A stretch of 64,000 nt of DNA from an uncultured Anaerolineaceae bacterium (GTDB lineage Bacteria; Chloroflexota; Anaerolineae; Anaerolineales; UBA4823): positions 16,465 to 80,464 of the forward strand of contig CAZJMV010000212.1 in assembly GCA_964547225.1 (NCBI GenBank). Reading direction: 5' to 3'. The notes under the pieces are model-generated. The model did no database searches. It saw only the letters and a list, made by a program, of their open reading frames with translations, and was not told the DNA's origin. Positions 19,059 through 29,435 of this stretch are shown here, one piece after another (within the stretch, counting starts at the first letter, position 1; each line of letters opens with the position of its first letter). The position numbers were made by a program, and so were the translations under genes.

Positions 19059-20558
19059 TTATTGTTTTGAGTTTTCAAGTATGTTAATGGCATTCGAAAT
19101 TCTCTGCATGACCTGATCCTTGCCAATTATTTCCATACTCTCAAAAAGTGGGGGACTAACTTCCTGACCGGTAACTGCTATTCTTAAGATTCCAAAAAGC
19201 TGCCCTGCTTTTAGTCCTAAATCATCAGCTAATTTTCTCATCGGTTCTTCTGCTATTTGCAGGTCTATTTTGGGTAATTGAGATAGAACCTCATAAGCGC
19301 TGCGAGCAGCAGATAGGGATTCACCGACAGTCATATTCTTGCCAATCAGTTGTTCCGGCATAGGTTTTACTTCATCTTGGAAGAAGAAGCCTGCCTTTTG
19401 TGGAGCTTCATCCAACGTTACTAAGCGTTCTTGAATTAGAGGCGTTATAGCACGTACCTTCTTTTCCTCGACGTTATATCCATAAGCCTTGAAAATTGGA
19501 ACGAGTCGACGAGAAAGATCATCGATTTCCAGGGAACGAATATGCAAACCATTAAAATGATCCAGCTTTGTGAAATTGATCGCCGCTGGAGATGGGTTTA
19601 AACGGTTTAGGTCAAATTTTTCAACTAGATCACTCATCGAAAAGAATTCGGTGTGATCATCATAACTCCAACCCATTAAGGCGATCCAATTAATAACTGC
19701 CTCTGGTAAATACCCCAATTCTTCAAGATCACCGATATAAATAGAATGACCATCCTTGATCAATTGAGTAGATTCTCGCTTACTCATTTTCCCTTTTCCA
19801 CTCGGTTTCAAAAACAAGGAAAGATGAACCCATTCAGGTTCATCCCATCCAAATGCTCGAATAATATGTGCATGTAATGGAAAAGTAGACAACCATTCAG
19901 CACTACGAAGCACATGTGTGATCTTCATTAAGTGATCATCTACCATAGCGGCTAAATGATAAAGCGCTAACCCATCAGATTTGACCAGAATATAATCATC
20001 TAAGTTCTTATTTTCGACAACAATATCACCACGCAAGCGATCATGAACGGTTATCGTTCCATCTTTAGGCATTTTGAAACGTATCACATGGGGTTCACCA
20101 TTCTGAACACGTCGACTAGCCTCATCTGGATCAATATTTCTACAGGTACCATCATAATGCTGACTCTGTTTTGTCCTAGCTTGCTCCTGACGTAGTTTTT
20201 CTAATCGATCAGGTGAACAAAAACAGTAGTATGCATACCCCGATTCGACTAACTGCTTTGCATATTCTTGATAGATATCCTTACGTTCAGTCTGACGATA
20301 AGGACCATACACCCCACCAACACCAAAACCCTCATCCCATTCTAACCCTAACCAATGTAAACTTTTCGCTAACTCCGTTTCAGCGTCGGGTTGATATCTT
20401 TTCCGATCTGTATCTTCTAGGCGCAGAACAAATTTTCCACCGGTTTGTTGTGCTAATAAAAAATTATAGAGAGCAGTTCTTGCTCCCCCCAGATGAGTTC
20501 TACCTGTAGGAGAAGGAGCAAAACGAACACGAACCGGTTTCATAGGTGAATCAACCAT
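19059..20558 (-). CDS. gltX: glutamyl-tRNA synthetase
   Basis: 499 aa. RFAPSPTGRTHLGGARTALYN (HIGH-type) and GKGKMSKRE (KMSKS). AAGGAG lies 4 nt upstream of ATG 20558. Confidence 0.95.
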   Translation of the reverse strand: MVDSPMKPVRVRFAPSPTGRTHLGGARTALYNFLLAQQTGGKFVLRLEDTDRKRYQPDAETELAKSLHWLGLEWDEGFGVGGVYGPYRQTERKDIYQEYAKQLVESGYAYYCFCSPDRLEKLRQEQARTKQSQHYDGTCRNIDPDEASRRVQNGEPHVIRFKMPKDGTITVHDRLRGDIVVENKNLDDYILVKSDGLALYHLAAMVDDHLMKITHVLRSAEWLSTFPLHAHIIRAFGWDEPEWVHLSLFLKPSGKGKMSKRESTQLIKDGHSIYIGDLEELGYLPEAVINWIALMGWSYDDHTEFFSMSDLVEKFDLNRLNPSPAAINFTKLDHFNGLHIRSLEIDDLSRRLVPIFKAYGYNVEEKKVRAITPLIQERLVTLDEAPQKAGFFFQDEVKPMPEQLIGKNMTVGESLSAARSAYEVLSQLPKIDLQIAEEPMRKLADDLGLKAGQLFGILRIAVTGQEVSPPLFESMEIIGKDQVMQRISNAINILENSKQ

Positions 20559-20566
20559 GATACTCC

Positions 20567-21685
20567 TTAAAATTCTAAAGATTTATGGCGAATTATAACG
20601 CTTTCCACCAAACCAATGCCGAGTAATATGGATAATAACGAACTACCACCGTAACTAACAAAAGGCAAGGTTAAACCCGTAGCGGGCAATAGATTGAGAT
20701 TGACGCCAATATTTACTACCGTTTGAAATGCAATCATAGTTGCCACACCATAAGAAATCAAAGCGCCATAAGTATCACCAGCCAAACGAGCAGCTCGTAA
20801 ACAACGCAGAATGATAAAAAAAAGAAAAGCCATGATCACTAGAATACCAAAAAAACCAAACTCTTGAGCTGTCGCTGAAAAAATAAAGTCAGAATGTCTT
20901 ACCTTGAGAAATCTTAATTGGACTTGAGTCCCTTGACCATATCCTTGCCCTAACCATCCCCCAGAACCTATGCTGATCAAAGCTTGTTGAATATTATAAG
21001 TCTCACCGAAACTAGCTTCAGGATCTGGAAAAAGGAAATTAAAGATCCTTCTTTTTTGATAGTCCACCAAGAAAGGAAAGCTTACAAATGGTAATATTAC
21101 GCCTACTCCTATAAAAATTAACAGATGTTTGATCTGCAGACCACTCACCCATAACATAGAAAACCACAATATAATCATTACAATAGCTGTACTTAAATTT
21201 GGTTGTAGTAGAATCCAAACAGTGATTCCCATCGTAAAAGTAAAACTACGGATGACCCAACGAATGTCAGCCACCTTATCTTGATTACGAGTAAAGAAAT
21301 CCGCTAGTACCATAATCAAAACTATTTTCGCTATCTCAGAAGGTTGGATTAATATGACACCTGTATCAAACCAACGCGCTGATCCAAACAACGCTGAACC
21401 AACAACATACAGAGTGGCTAAGGATGCAACCGTTATGATATACATCGGTCGGCTGATAGAAGCAAACAAACGATAGTCAATTGAAGAAATGATGAGAATT
21501 ACGACAAAACCGACAGCCCCAAAGATCAATTGCCGTTGTACTAAATCCAGTTCTAAAAGTTCGATATTCCCAGCGACCGCAGAACGGATCATGGTAATTC
21601 CAAAAATCACCAATAATGCCACTGCCCCCAATAACCAAAAATCGAAGTACCTCCAATTTGAAATTGGATTGAAACTAACTTGCAT
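20567..21685 (-). CDS. rodA: peptidoglycan glycosyltransferase RodA (SEDS family)
   Basis: 372 aa FtsW/RodA/SpoVE-type polytopic protein (...PSEIAKI..., ...LPATGLTLPFVSYGGSS...). It is called RodA from its position in the mre/mrdA/min cluster. Confidence 0.85.
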   Translation of the reverse strand: MQVSFNPISNWRYFDFWLLGAVALLVIFGITMIRSAVAGNIELLELDLVQRQLIFGAVGFVVILIISSIDYRLFASISRPMYIITVASLATLYVVGSALFGSARWFDTGVILIQPSEIAKIVLIMVLADFFTRNQDKVADIRWVIRSFTFTMGITVWILLQPNLSTAIVMIILWFSMLWVSGLQIKHLLIFIGVGVILPFVSFPFLVDYQKRRIFNFLFPDPEASFGETYNIQQALISIGSGGWLGQGYGQGTQVQLRFLKVRHSDFIFSATAQEFGFFGILVIMAFLFFIILRCLRAARLAGDTYGALISYGVATMIAFQTVVNIGVNLNLLPATGLTLPFVSYGGSSLLSILLGIGLVESVIIRHKSLEF

Positions 21686-21703
21686 ATATTTATATTATCA
21701 CAA

Positions 21704-21982
21704 TCAATTAATGCGACGCTTTTGAATGGATTTTAGAGGAATATCAGCGATAAGTCTTTGCTGACGTCCTTCCTGTGCCATTTCGATGCGAACTGAAGAA
21801 GGATCAATCTCAATATGTTGTGATATGGTTTGAATCAAATCATCCTTCAATTGATCCAAGAAACCAGGAGATAAATCCGTACGATCATGTACAAGAACCA
21901 GTTTCAATCGTTCTTTCGCTTGATCCGCAGAGGATGTCTCTCGTCCCAACAAACGATCTACAAAGCTAGGCATCTTAATCAC
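21704..21982 (-). CDS. minE: cell division topological specificity factor MinE
   Basis: 92 aa. ...SADQAKERLKLVLVHDR... matches the MinE anti-MinCD region. An 8-nt overlap with the minD stop. Confidence 0.88.
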   Translation of the reverse strand: MIKMPSFVDRLLGRETSSADQAKERLKLVLVHDRTDLSPGFLDQLKDDLIQTISQHIEIDPSSVRIEMAQEGRQQRLIADIPLKSIQKRRIN

Positions 21983-22778
21983 CTCCCGGTCGGATCAATC
22001 GGGAAATTCGCCCAATAAACCCTCCATCTTCACCAATATTCTCCATTGGGACAGAATCTCCTAATAATCTATACGCAATATTCCGTATTGCTTGACCAGC
22101 CTTACTTTTACCATCCAATACGACAGGAACCCCTCTATTTGTACTCAACAGAACAGAATTATCTTCCGGGACCATCCCTAGCAACTCGATTGCTAATAAT
22201 TCCAACACATCATCAACTGTTAACATATCACCTTTGCGAACTAACTCTTGATTGATACGATTAATCACCAATAATGCTGGACCTTTTTCTTCAGCTTCGA
22301 TTAAACCAATGATCCGATCCGCGTCTCGAACAGCAGATATTTCCGGATTCGTTATGACCAACACTAGATCTGCTGGAGCAATTGCATTCCTAAATCCACG
22401 TTCGATCCCTGCAGGAGAATCAATGATAATCCAATCATATTCTGAACGCAATTCGTCACAAAGTCTTACCATATCGCTTGGAGATACAGCGCTTTTATCC
22501 CGTGTTTGTGCAGAAGGGATGAGATAAAGCTCATTTAATCGCTTATCGCGAATCATAGACTGTCTTATTCGGCAACGTCCTTCAACAACATCGACTAAAT
22601 CATATACAATTCTGTTTTCCAAGCCTAAAACAACATCAAGATTCCGTAAACCGATATCAGCATCAATACAAACCACCTTCTGTCCTCGGGCAGCTAAAGC
22701 TGCACCAATATTTGCGGTTGCTGTTGTTTTTCCTACACCTCCTTTTCCGGAGGTAATCGTAATAACTTTTCCTGTCAT
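21975..22778 (-). CDS. minD: septum site-determining ATPase MinD
   Basis: Deviant Walker A (ITSGKGGVGKTT) and a C-terminal amphipathic helix (GGFIGRISRLIR). The start is taken at ATG 22778, which forms an ATGA overlap with the minC stop; the track ORF starts at 22802. Confidence 0.95.
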   Translation of the reverse strand: MTGKVITITSGKGGVGKTTATANIGAALAARGQKVVCIDADIGLRNLDVVLGLENRIVYDLVDVVEGRCRIRQSMIRDKRLNELYLIPSAQTRDKSAVSPSDMVRLCDELRSEYDWIIIDSPAGIERGFRNAIAPADLVLVITNPEISAVRDADRIIGLIEAEEKGPALLVINRINQELVRKGDMLTVDDVLELLAIELLGMVPEDNSVLLSTNRGVPVVLDGKSKAGQAIRNIAYRLLGDSVPMENIGEDGGFIGRISRLIRPGGD

Positions 22779-23461
22779 TTTTTTTCTCTTTTCGGTTGCC
22801 AAGCTTCTGCTATAACCTGTCCATTTTGTAAATGAGCGATTTCAGGTTTTGGTTTTCCTCGACGCTTTGGGGTAATAGCAATCGCATCTGAGATCCTTAA
22901 TTGCGTCGGCGATAGATCAAGAGCACAGACAGCGGCATTTTCGTCTCCTTCCGCCCCGGCATGAGCTAAACCTCGCAATCTACCCCACACAATAATATTA
23001 CCACTAGCGACGATTTCTGCACCCGGATTAACATCCCCAATTACGATTACATGTCCAGCATATTCGAGACTAAATCCAGATCTTAATGTTCTTTGAATGA
23101 GTAGGGCTTCTTCTCCTATTTTTTGCTTTGCATCTACTTCGGACTTGTTGATCTCAGGAGGGGATTTACCGATCTGAGTATCCAACCCCAACATTCTCGC
23201 TGTACTTTCCGTTTGAGACGACTCACTTAGAACAGCCCATAAAGATAGATCACGATCATTTATCTCTTCTCGTAATTTTCCTAAATCAGCCGCTTTTAAA
23301 GAATGATTTCCTACATCAAGTGCAATCTTGGCTCCCTTTAAAAAATCGGTCTGCTGATCGAGTTGCGATAATAAGTCTTGGTGGACATCACTCCATTCTC
23401 CTTCACCAAGAATGATTAATAGACCATTACTAACACCTTTTATCGATATCCTTGAAGGCAT
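22775..23461 (-). CDS. minC: septum site-determining protein MinC
   Basis: 228 aa. The C-terminal beta-helix reads ...GHVIVIGDVNPGAEIVASGNIIVWGRLRGLAHAG. Confidence 0.85.
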   Translation of the reverse strand: MPSRISIKGVSNGLLIILGEGEWSDVHQDLLSQLDQQTDFLKGAKIALDVGNHSLKAADLGKLREEINDRDLSLWAVLSESSQTESTARMLGLDTQIGKSPPEINKSEVDAKQKIGEEALLIQRTLRSGFSLEYAGHVIVIGDVNPGAEIVASGNIIVWGRLRGLAHAGAEGDENAAVCALDLSPTQLRISDAIAITPKRRGKPKPEIAHLQNGQVIAEAWQPKREKK

Positions 23462-23584
23462 AAGCTATCCTGCATTGCTCGATCACGAATAACCAGGGTC
23501 AATAACTCTCAACTATCTAAACACTTAGATATGAAGTAAAGGAAATACTATTAATCAAATTCATTGCTAGAATTATAGCACGAA

Positions 23585-25735
23585 CTATTCACTTTCCTGA
23601 ACGGGATTATCAATCGCTTTTAACTCAAAATAAGCCTCCATAACCCTCCTTGTTATCGGTCCTGCTACACTTGCTCCTTCACCACCATTATAAACAAAGG
23701 CAACCACCGCAATTTCAGGGTTTTCATAAGGAGCATAAGTCACCGTCCAAGCATGAGTTGGCCAGTTACCATACGTACATAAATTTTTCTCCTGTGCATA
23801 TTTATCACAATACTCAGCAGTTCCTGTTTTTCCAGCGGCTGATATCGTTTCACCTTCAAATTGCTTTTCTAGTGTACCGCTCAAAACAGCCAACCGCATT
23901 CCTTCTTGGATTTTCTTAAAAACCCAAGGTTCAACCGTTTTTGTCTGACCAATGATGGGTTCACAACCTCTTACAGTTGTCTCACCGAATTCTTGAATGA
24001 TGGAGTCTTTTGTTAAATCCCATTTCACTGTAGGTTCAAATGGCGATATTTGTACCGAACCCTCAAAATATTCTTCAAGGATATCTCCATCAGGTGTTTT
24101 CCACATAGGAACTACATTGCCCTCACTATCAAGAAAATCTCGAACTAAAGTTGGTTGGATATATATCCCATTATTTGCAATAATCGCAGCTGATAACAAT
24201 ACTTGAATTGGCGTCGAAAGCACATATCCTTGACCTACACAAGAAATATATGTATCTCCTGAAGACCAACTTTCAGCGTGATTGATTCTTTTCCAAGTAG
24301 GATCAGGAATTAAACCATCCTGTTCATCCGGTAAACCAATATCAGGCGCTTCTCCATACCCTAATGCGGCTGCATAGGTTCCCAAACGACAAATTCCAAG
24401 TCCACCATCCGGAACTTCATCTTTGTATCCACCACCCAGTTTATAAAAATAAACATTACTGGAATTTGCTAAACCATGTACAAAGTCAAGTGCACCAAAT
24501 CCAGCCTCATTCCAATCCACAAACTCTCTAGTAGTCCCGGGATCATTAGCATAATACTTCTCTGTAACCTCCAATTTAGGGGGTGTTGAAATGATTTGAT
24601 CAGGAGTTACTACCCCTTCATTTAATGCTCCTACAGCGGTTACTAATTTGAAAACTGAACCAGCCGGAAGCACATCTCCGACAGCATGATTTAGTAATGG
24701 ATTAGAAGGATCCTCTACGAGTTGCTCATAATAATATGTCGGAATGAAACGAGCCATACGATTATTCTCATAGGATGGATATGAAACCATAGATAATATC
24801 TCACCTGTTTTAGGATTCATTGCAATCGCGACACCACTCGTGTAAACCATTTCACCAAAAAAACGATTCCAATCACCTATTTCATTGACTAGGATATCTT
24901 CAGTCGCTTGCTGAAGGCGAGTATCAATGGTTAAGCGAATACTATATCCTGGACGCGTATCAATAGGTGGACTGATGTCTCGTAGTACTTGACCTCCTAC
25001 ATCGACTTCCACTAATCGATACCCATTTCGACCTGATAATACATCTTGATATTGCAATTCCAACCCTGCATACCCTACTTTATCTCTGTTTGGGATTAAT
25101 CCCTTGGATACATAATATTCTTCCAAAGTTGCTGGAACAGGTCCTAAAAAACCAATTAAAGAGGCTGTAATTGAACTAGTAGGATATTCCCGAATTGGCT
25201 CTGTTTCGATATCGATACCCAGCCAATCCATCGAATTCTCTTTGATGATCATTGCAGTTCGCTGATCAATATCACATTTCACTTTAACTGGTTCATAAGG
25301 TGTAACTGTTTCCCCATAAACCGCTATTTCTGCTATCCCATGGTCTGAAATACAGGGCACATAAGGGTTTTCTGGGGTCAATTCACCGCCATTGATGGAA
25401 ACATCGATCAATTCAGAGAGTTCCCGAAAAATGGCTTGCACAGCCCCTGGGTCATCAGGTAAATCAGCAGCTGTAATCACCACATTATAAGAAGCTACAT
25501 TTCGCGCCAATACAACATCATTCCGATCATAGATAATCCCTCTAAGCGCTGGGAGATTGATTTCCCTAGTGCTATTCTCTTCTGCTTTTGCAACCCATTC
25601 AGACGATTGGACAATCTGTAAAAGAAAAAGGCGAAAGAGGAAAACACCAAACACAAGACCAATTGCAAGGATTACGAATATTATCCTCCATGTCTCAATT
25701 TGATTGCGGATTGTCGCTTGACCTCCAGAACTCAT
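23585..25735 (-). CDS. mrdA: penicillin-binding protein 2 (elongation transpeptidase)
   Basis: 716 aa. N-terminal TM, then SxxK (GSVFK), SxN (SSN) and KTG (KTGTA) motifs. It lies between mreD and minC. Confidence 0.9.
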   Translation of the reverse strand: MSSGGQATIRNQIETWRIIFVILAIGLVFGVFLFRLFLLQIVQSSEWVAKAEENSTREINLPALRGIIYDRNDVVLARNVASYNVVITAADLPDDPGAVQAIFRELSELIDVSINGGELTPENPYVPCISDHGIAEIAVYGETVTPYEPVKVKCDIDQRTAMIIKENSMDWLGIDIETEPIREYPTSSITASLIGFLGPVPATLEEYYVSKGLIPNRDKVGYAGLELQYQDVLSGRNGYRLVEVDVGGQVLRDISPPIDTRPGYSIRLTIDTRLQQATEDILVNEIGDWNRFFGEMVYTSGVAIAMNPKTGEILSMVSYPSYENNRMARFIPTYYYEQLVEDPSNPLLNHAVGDVLPAGSVFKLVTAVGALNEGVVTPDQIISTPPKLEVTEKYYANDPGTTREFVDWNEAGFGALDFVHGLANSSNVYFYKLGGGYKDEVPDGGLGICRLGTYAAALGYGEAPDIGLPDEQDGLIPDPTWKRINHAESWSSGDTYISCVGQGYVLSTPIQVLLSAAIIANNGIYIQPTLVRDFLDSEGNVVPMWKTPDGDILEEYFEGSVQISPFEPTVKWDLTKDSIIQEFGETTVRGCEPIIGQTKTVEPWVFKKIQEGMRLAVLSGTLEKQFEGETISAAGKTGTAEYCDKYAQEKNLCTYGNWPTHAWTVTYAPYENPEIAVVAFVYNGGEGASVAGPITRRVMEAYFELKAIDNPVQESE

Positions 25736-25769
25736 ATTGATCTTTACTCCTTTATTCCCGATCTAACCA

Positions 25770-26270
25770 TCACATTTCAAGTTCTTCTGGATAAAGCCAC
25801 TTAGCTAAATCGCCAAATAATATATACAATGGGATCGAGAATAATAAATTCAAAAATATACTCGGGATAACAATGATATTGATCGATTGCATCAATGGAA
25901 TCGGGATGTCTTGAAGAATCAATGAAATCATTGTTACGATATTTACCAATAAAGATCCTATAAAAACTGTAACCAACATAGCTAATATAGGTACTTGCCA
26001 AATTCTTCGTCTTAACGCTAGAGCTGTTCCCACTGCAATCGAATATCCAATCATTGGCACAAAAAAAGGTATCTCTGAAACAAATCCGACTAAAAGTGCG
26101 CCAATAACACCCCACTGCCATGCTGTTTGGACATTCTTCTGCAATGCCCATGCGATGATCGTGATTAATACAAGATCGGCAGTTCCGGAAAGTAAAGGGA
26201 AATAGTTGAGCACCGCAGATTGAATGACCAACAATGAACCCAAAATTGGTATTGCAATAAAAACTTTCAT
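25770..26270 (-). CDS. mreD: rod shape-determining protein MreD
   Basis: 166 aa polytopic membrane protein directly after mreC. The call rests on position and hydrophobicity pattern. Confidence 0.75.
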   Translation of the reverse strand: MKVFIAIPILGSLLVIQSAVLNYFPLLSGTADLVLITIIAWALQKNVQTAWQWGVIGALLVGFVSEIPFFVPMIGYSIAVGTALALRRRIWQVPILAMLVTVFIGSLLVNIVTMISLILQDIPIPLMQSINIIVIPSIFLNLLFSIPLYILFGDLAKWLYPEELEM

Positions 26271-26319
26271 TTCATATGTTTATTATAATCTTCTCTATTA
26301 TTAGAATAATTAGACTTCT

Positions 26320-27168
26320 TTAAGGGGAAATTTCAGATGGAATCAACGGTTCAATGTCAATGGGTTGGAAATTCGTCACAATTAAGACAATTTCCAGCTT
26401 TGAAAAATCAATAACGGGTTGAACTGCCGCCCCCTGAAATAAATCTGTTTCCTTCCTTCGAACACTTGTAATTTGTCCGACAAGAATATCTGATGGATAG
26501 TTTCCCCCTAATCCAGAAGTTAAGACTAAATCGCCAATCTCAATCGTAGCAGCTTGAGGGATTAAGTCTAAAGTCAGGTCACCGGTGACACTTCCTTGTA
26601 ATACAGCTTGAGCTTTAGATGGCTCAATACGAATATTCACAGAAGAACTTATATCAGTGATCAATTGAACACGAGCCGCCCCCGCTGTTACAGCTGAGAT
26701 CCTACCCACTAAACCTTGTTGAGTTACAACGGGCATCGAGCGTCTCAAACCATCATCTGATCCGCGGTTAATGATTATATATTTCAGAAATGGGTTGGGG
26801 TCTCTACCAATAACCGCTGCAGCGACATATCTATTTTCAGGATGAACACGGGCAAAATCTACCAACGCAGAGAGCACACGCGTTTCTGAAATTTGCTGTT
26901 TAAGTTCAATAATCTCAGCTTGTAAACGAGACACTTCTGCCTCTAATTCTAGATTTCTTGACCTTAAACGCGCGAGATCCGCAGGGGCATTTAAGTAATT
27001 CTGTATCGCTAGGAATCTTGACGATAACCATGTTTGTGCTTCAACGAATGGATTTAGAGCTAACCTAGATAAGGGTGTTAAATATCCACCTAAGGCTAAA
27101 ACTAGTAGACCAATGATCAGAAGAGCTAAAACAATGGTCTGTAGTGAACGAGTAGATGGCGTTCTCAT
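26320..27168 (-). CDS. mreC: rod shape-determining protein MreC
   Basis: 282 aa. TM, coiled coil (LELEAEVSRLQAEIIELKQQ), then ...GLVGRI... and ..TSGLGG.YP..I.VG. Confidence 0.9.
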   Translation of the reverse strand: MRTPSTRSLQTIVLALLIIGLLVLALGGYLTPLSRLALNPFVEAQTWLSSRFLAIQNYLNAPADLARLRSRNLELEAEVSRLQAEIIELKQQISETRVLSALVDFARVHPENRYVAAAVIGRDPNPFLKYIIINRGSDDGLRRSMPVVTQQGLVGRISAVTAGAARVQLITDISSSVNIRIEPSKAQAVLQGSVTGDLTLDLIPQAATIEIGDLVLTSGLGGNYPSDILVGQITSVRRKETDLFQGAAVQPVIDFSKLEIVLIVTNFQPIDIEPLIPSEISP

Positions 27169-28235
27169 TAATTATGTCGTGTGCTACCGCGTTCTAAACC
27201 TACCAATAACTTATGCAGCGCCTCATATTGTTCTAATATCATGCCAGCGCCACGCGCTACACAACTCATGGGATCATCAGCAATCCATACACGAATATGT
27301 AATTCTTCTAACAAACGTTTATCTAGAGCTTGAAGAAGAGAGCCTCCCCCAGCCAGACAGATCCCACTTTCCATCAAATCTGAGATGATTTCCGGCGGCG
27401 CTTCATCTAAGGCATCTTTGATGGTATCAATGATCGTTTGAACTGAATTTCCGATTGCTTCGCGAATTTCAACCGAGGATACTTCAATCGCTTCAGGCAA
27501 TCCAGAGATCAGATTACGACCACGTAATAATATCGTCTTTTCTTCTTGAAGATGGTAGGCTGAACCGATACTAATCTTCGCCTGTTCAGCCATTCGCTCT
27601 CCTATTAGAAGATTATACTTATTACGGATATATTGGACAATATCCTGGTCCATCTCGTCTCCAGCGACTCTCAGGGAGCGAGAAATCACTATTCCCCCCA
27701 TCGACATAATGGCTACTTCAGAAGTCCCCCCCCCAATATCCACAATCATACTACCGCGCACATCCGATACCGGTAAGCCTGCTCCAAGTGCTGCCGCAAC
27801 GGGTTCTTCGATTAAACCTACTTCTCGTGCACCAGCAGACATCGCAGCATCATATACAGCTCGTTTTTCCACCTCTGTAACCCCAGAAGGTATACCAACT
27901 ATCACTCGTGGACGGGGTACCGGAACAATACTCTGCTCATGAGCTTTACCAATAAAGTATTCCAACATCGCTTGCGTAATTTCGAACTCAGATATGACAC
28001 CATCTCGCAAAGGTCGAATCGCCACAACATTTGCTGGGGTTCTTCCCACCATTTCTTTAGCCTCTGCACCAATGGCAAGAGGTATCCGTGTGCGTTTATC
28101 TATTGCGACCCAAGATGGTTCACTGATGGTAATACCTTTCCCTCGAACATTGACCATCGTATTGGCTGTACCAAGATCAATACCGATATCAAGTGAAAAG
28201 AAACCTAGTAACCAATTTAGTGGGTTATATGCCAA
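27168..28235 (-). CDS. mreB: rod shape-determining actin homologue MreB
   Basis: 355 aa. DIGIDLGTANT, ...VDIGGGTSEVA..., ...LAGGGSLL. Confidence 0.96.
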   Translation of the reverse strand: MAYNPLNWLLGFFSLDIGIDLGTANTMVNVRGKGITISEPSWVAIDKRTRIPLAIGAEAKEMVGRTPANVVAIRPLRDGVISEFEITQAMLEYFIGKAHEQSIVPVPRPRVIVGIPSGVTEVEKRAVYDAAMSAGAREVGLIEEPVAAALGAGLPVSDVRGSMIVDIGGGTSEVAIMSMGGIVISRSLRVAGDEMDQDIVQYIRNKYNLLIGERMAEQAKISIGSAYHLQEEKTILLRGRNLISGLPEAIEVSSVEIREAIGNSVQTIIDTIKDALDEAPPEIISDLMESGICLAGGGSLLQALDKRLLEELHIRVWIADDPMSCVARGAGMILEQYEALHKLLVGLERGSTRHN

Positions 28236-28290
28236 TATGGGCTCCTTCGATCTTTTTACGCCCTACAGCAGCGCAGAACGCACAATAATA

Positions 28291-28320
28291 TCAGGAATGA
28301 TTAAAAAGATCAATTCCTGA
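28291..28320 (-). terminator. weak hairpin terminator downstream of korB
   Basis: TCAGGAAT (28291-28298) pairs with ATTCCTGA (28313-28320). On the minus strand TATTATTGTG follows, a poor U-tract. Confidence 0.35.
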
Positions 28321-28388
28321 ATTATCGTCAGGATTATACCATTGAACCTGAAAAGATTAAAAGTTAGAATTTTATAAGATTAGACCAC

Positions 28389-29432
28389 TTAAAACATAAG
28401 CTCATTGACTTTTTGAATGGATTCCCGAGTAGGACGTATTCGTTCAGGTGGCAATCTATTTAATGGTGTCGCAGTGAGATTATAAATCTCCTCCAGTGAA
28501 GGTTGATCGGGATTGTAATAAATCAATCCCGTAAGAAGCCATTGTTTTGCATTCGCTTCTTCTAAAATTCTCATGGCTTCTGCGCGATTGCTTGGATCAT
28601 GATCACGTTCTAGCTTTTTGAGTATGATCTTTGAACCATCGTGCATGGTTACTTCTTTAGCATCTCCAGGTGCGTATTCTACCAAAATTTCTTCAGCCGG
28701 TGGAACAAAAGATAATTCATGAAGAGCTATCTCATGCTCCTTACCCCAAGCATATGAGTGCACGGTATCATCTTTGTTATTAAAAGTAACACAAGGACTA
28801 ATAATATCTAATATTGCAATTCCATGATGACTCAAAGCCGCTTTAATCAATTCCTTAACCTGCTTTGGATCACCAGCAAACGAACGCGCTACAAAGGTAG
28901 CATTACCAACCAAAGCTTCTAAAGCAATATCAATAGGCATATAAGGATTCGTCCCTTGCCCCTTTAATTGCAAACCTGTTTCAGCCGTTGCGGAGAACTG
29001 TCCTTTTGTCAGACCATAGACGCCATTATTTTCAATAATATATACCAATCGCATATTTCTTCGTAAGACATGCTTGAACTGCCCCATACCGATACTCGCT
29101 GTATCACCATCACCACTTACACCAATTCCTTTCAATGTATGATCAGCGAGCATTGCGCCTGTCGCTAGAGATGGCATTCGTCCATGTAATCCATTGAATC
29201 CAAAAGATCTACTCAGAAAATATGTGGGACTCTTGCTAGAGCAACCAATGCCACTAAATTTTACCAATTCTTCAGGGTGAATATCTAATTCATAACAAGC
29301 TGCAATGATCTGGCTAGAAATAGAGTTATGCCCACATCCTTTGCAAAGTGTACTTTCAGCGCCACGATAATCTGATTTTGAAAGACCAATCAGATTCAAT
29401 TTTGACTGATGAGAACTTTTATGTCCAGACAT
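28389..29432 (-). CDS. korB: 2-oxoglutarate/2-oxoacid:ferredoxin oxidoreductase subunit beta (TPP-binding)
   Basis: 347 aa. Cys cluster (LCKGCGH) and TPP motif (GVSGDGDTASIGMGQF...ENNGVYGLTKGQ). Confidence 0.9.
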   Translation of the reverse strand: MSGHKSSHQSKLNLIGLSKSDYRGAESTLCKGCGHNSISSQIIAACYELDIHPEELVKFSGIGCSSKSPTYFLSRSFGFNGLHGRMPSLATGAMLADHTLKGIGVSGDGDTASIGMGQFKHVLRRNMRLVYIIENNGVYGLTKGQFSATAETGLQLKGQGTNPYMPIDIALEALVGNATFVARSFAGDPKQVKELIKAALSHHGIAILDIISPCVTFNNKDDTVHSYAWGKEHEIALHELSFVPPAEEILVEYAPGDAKEVTMHDGSKIILKKLERDHDPSNRAEAMRILEEANAKQWLLTGLIYYNPDQPSLEEIYNLTATPLNRLPPERIRPTRESIQKVNELMF

Positions 29433-29435
29433 GAA

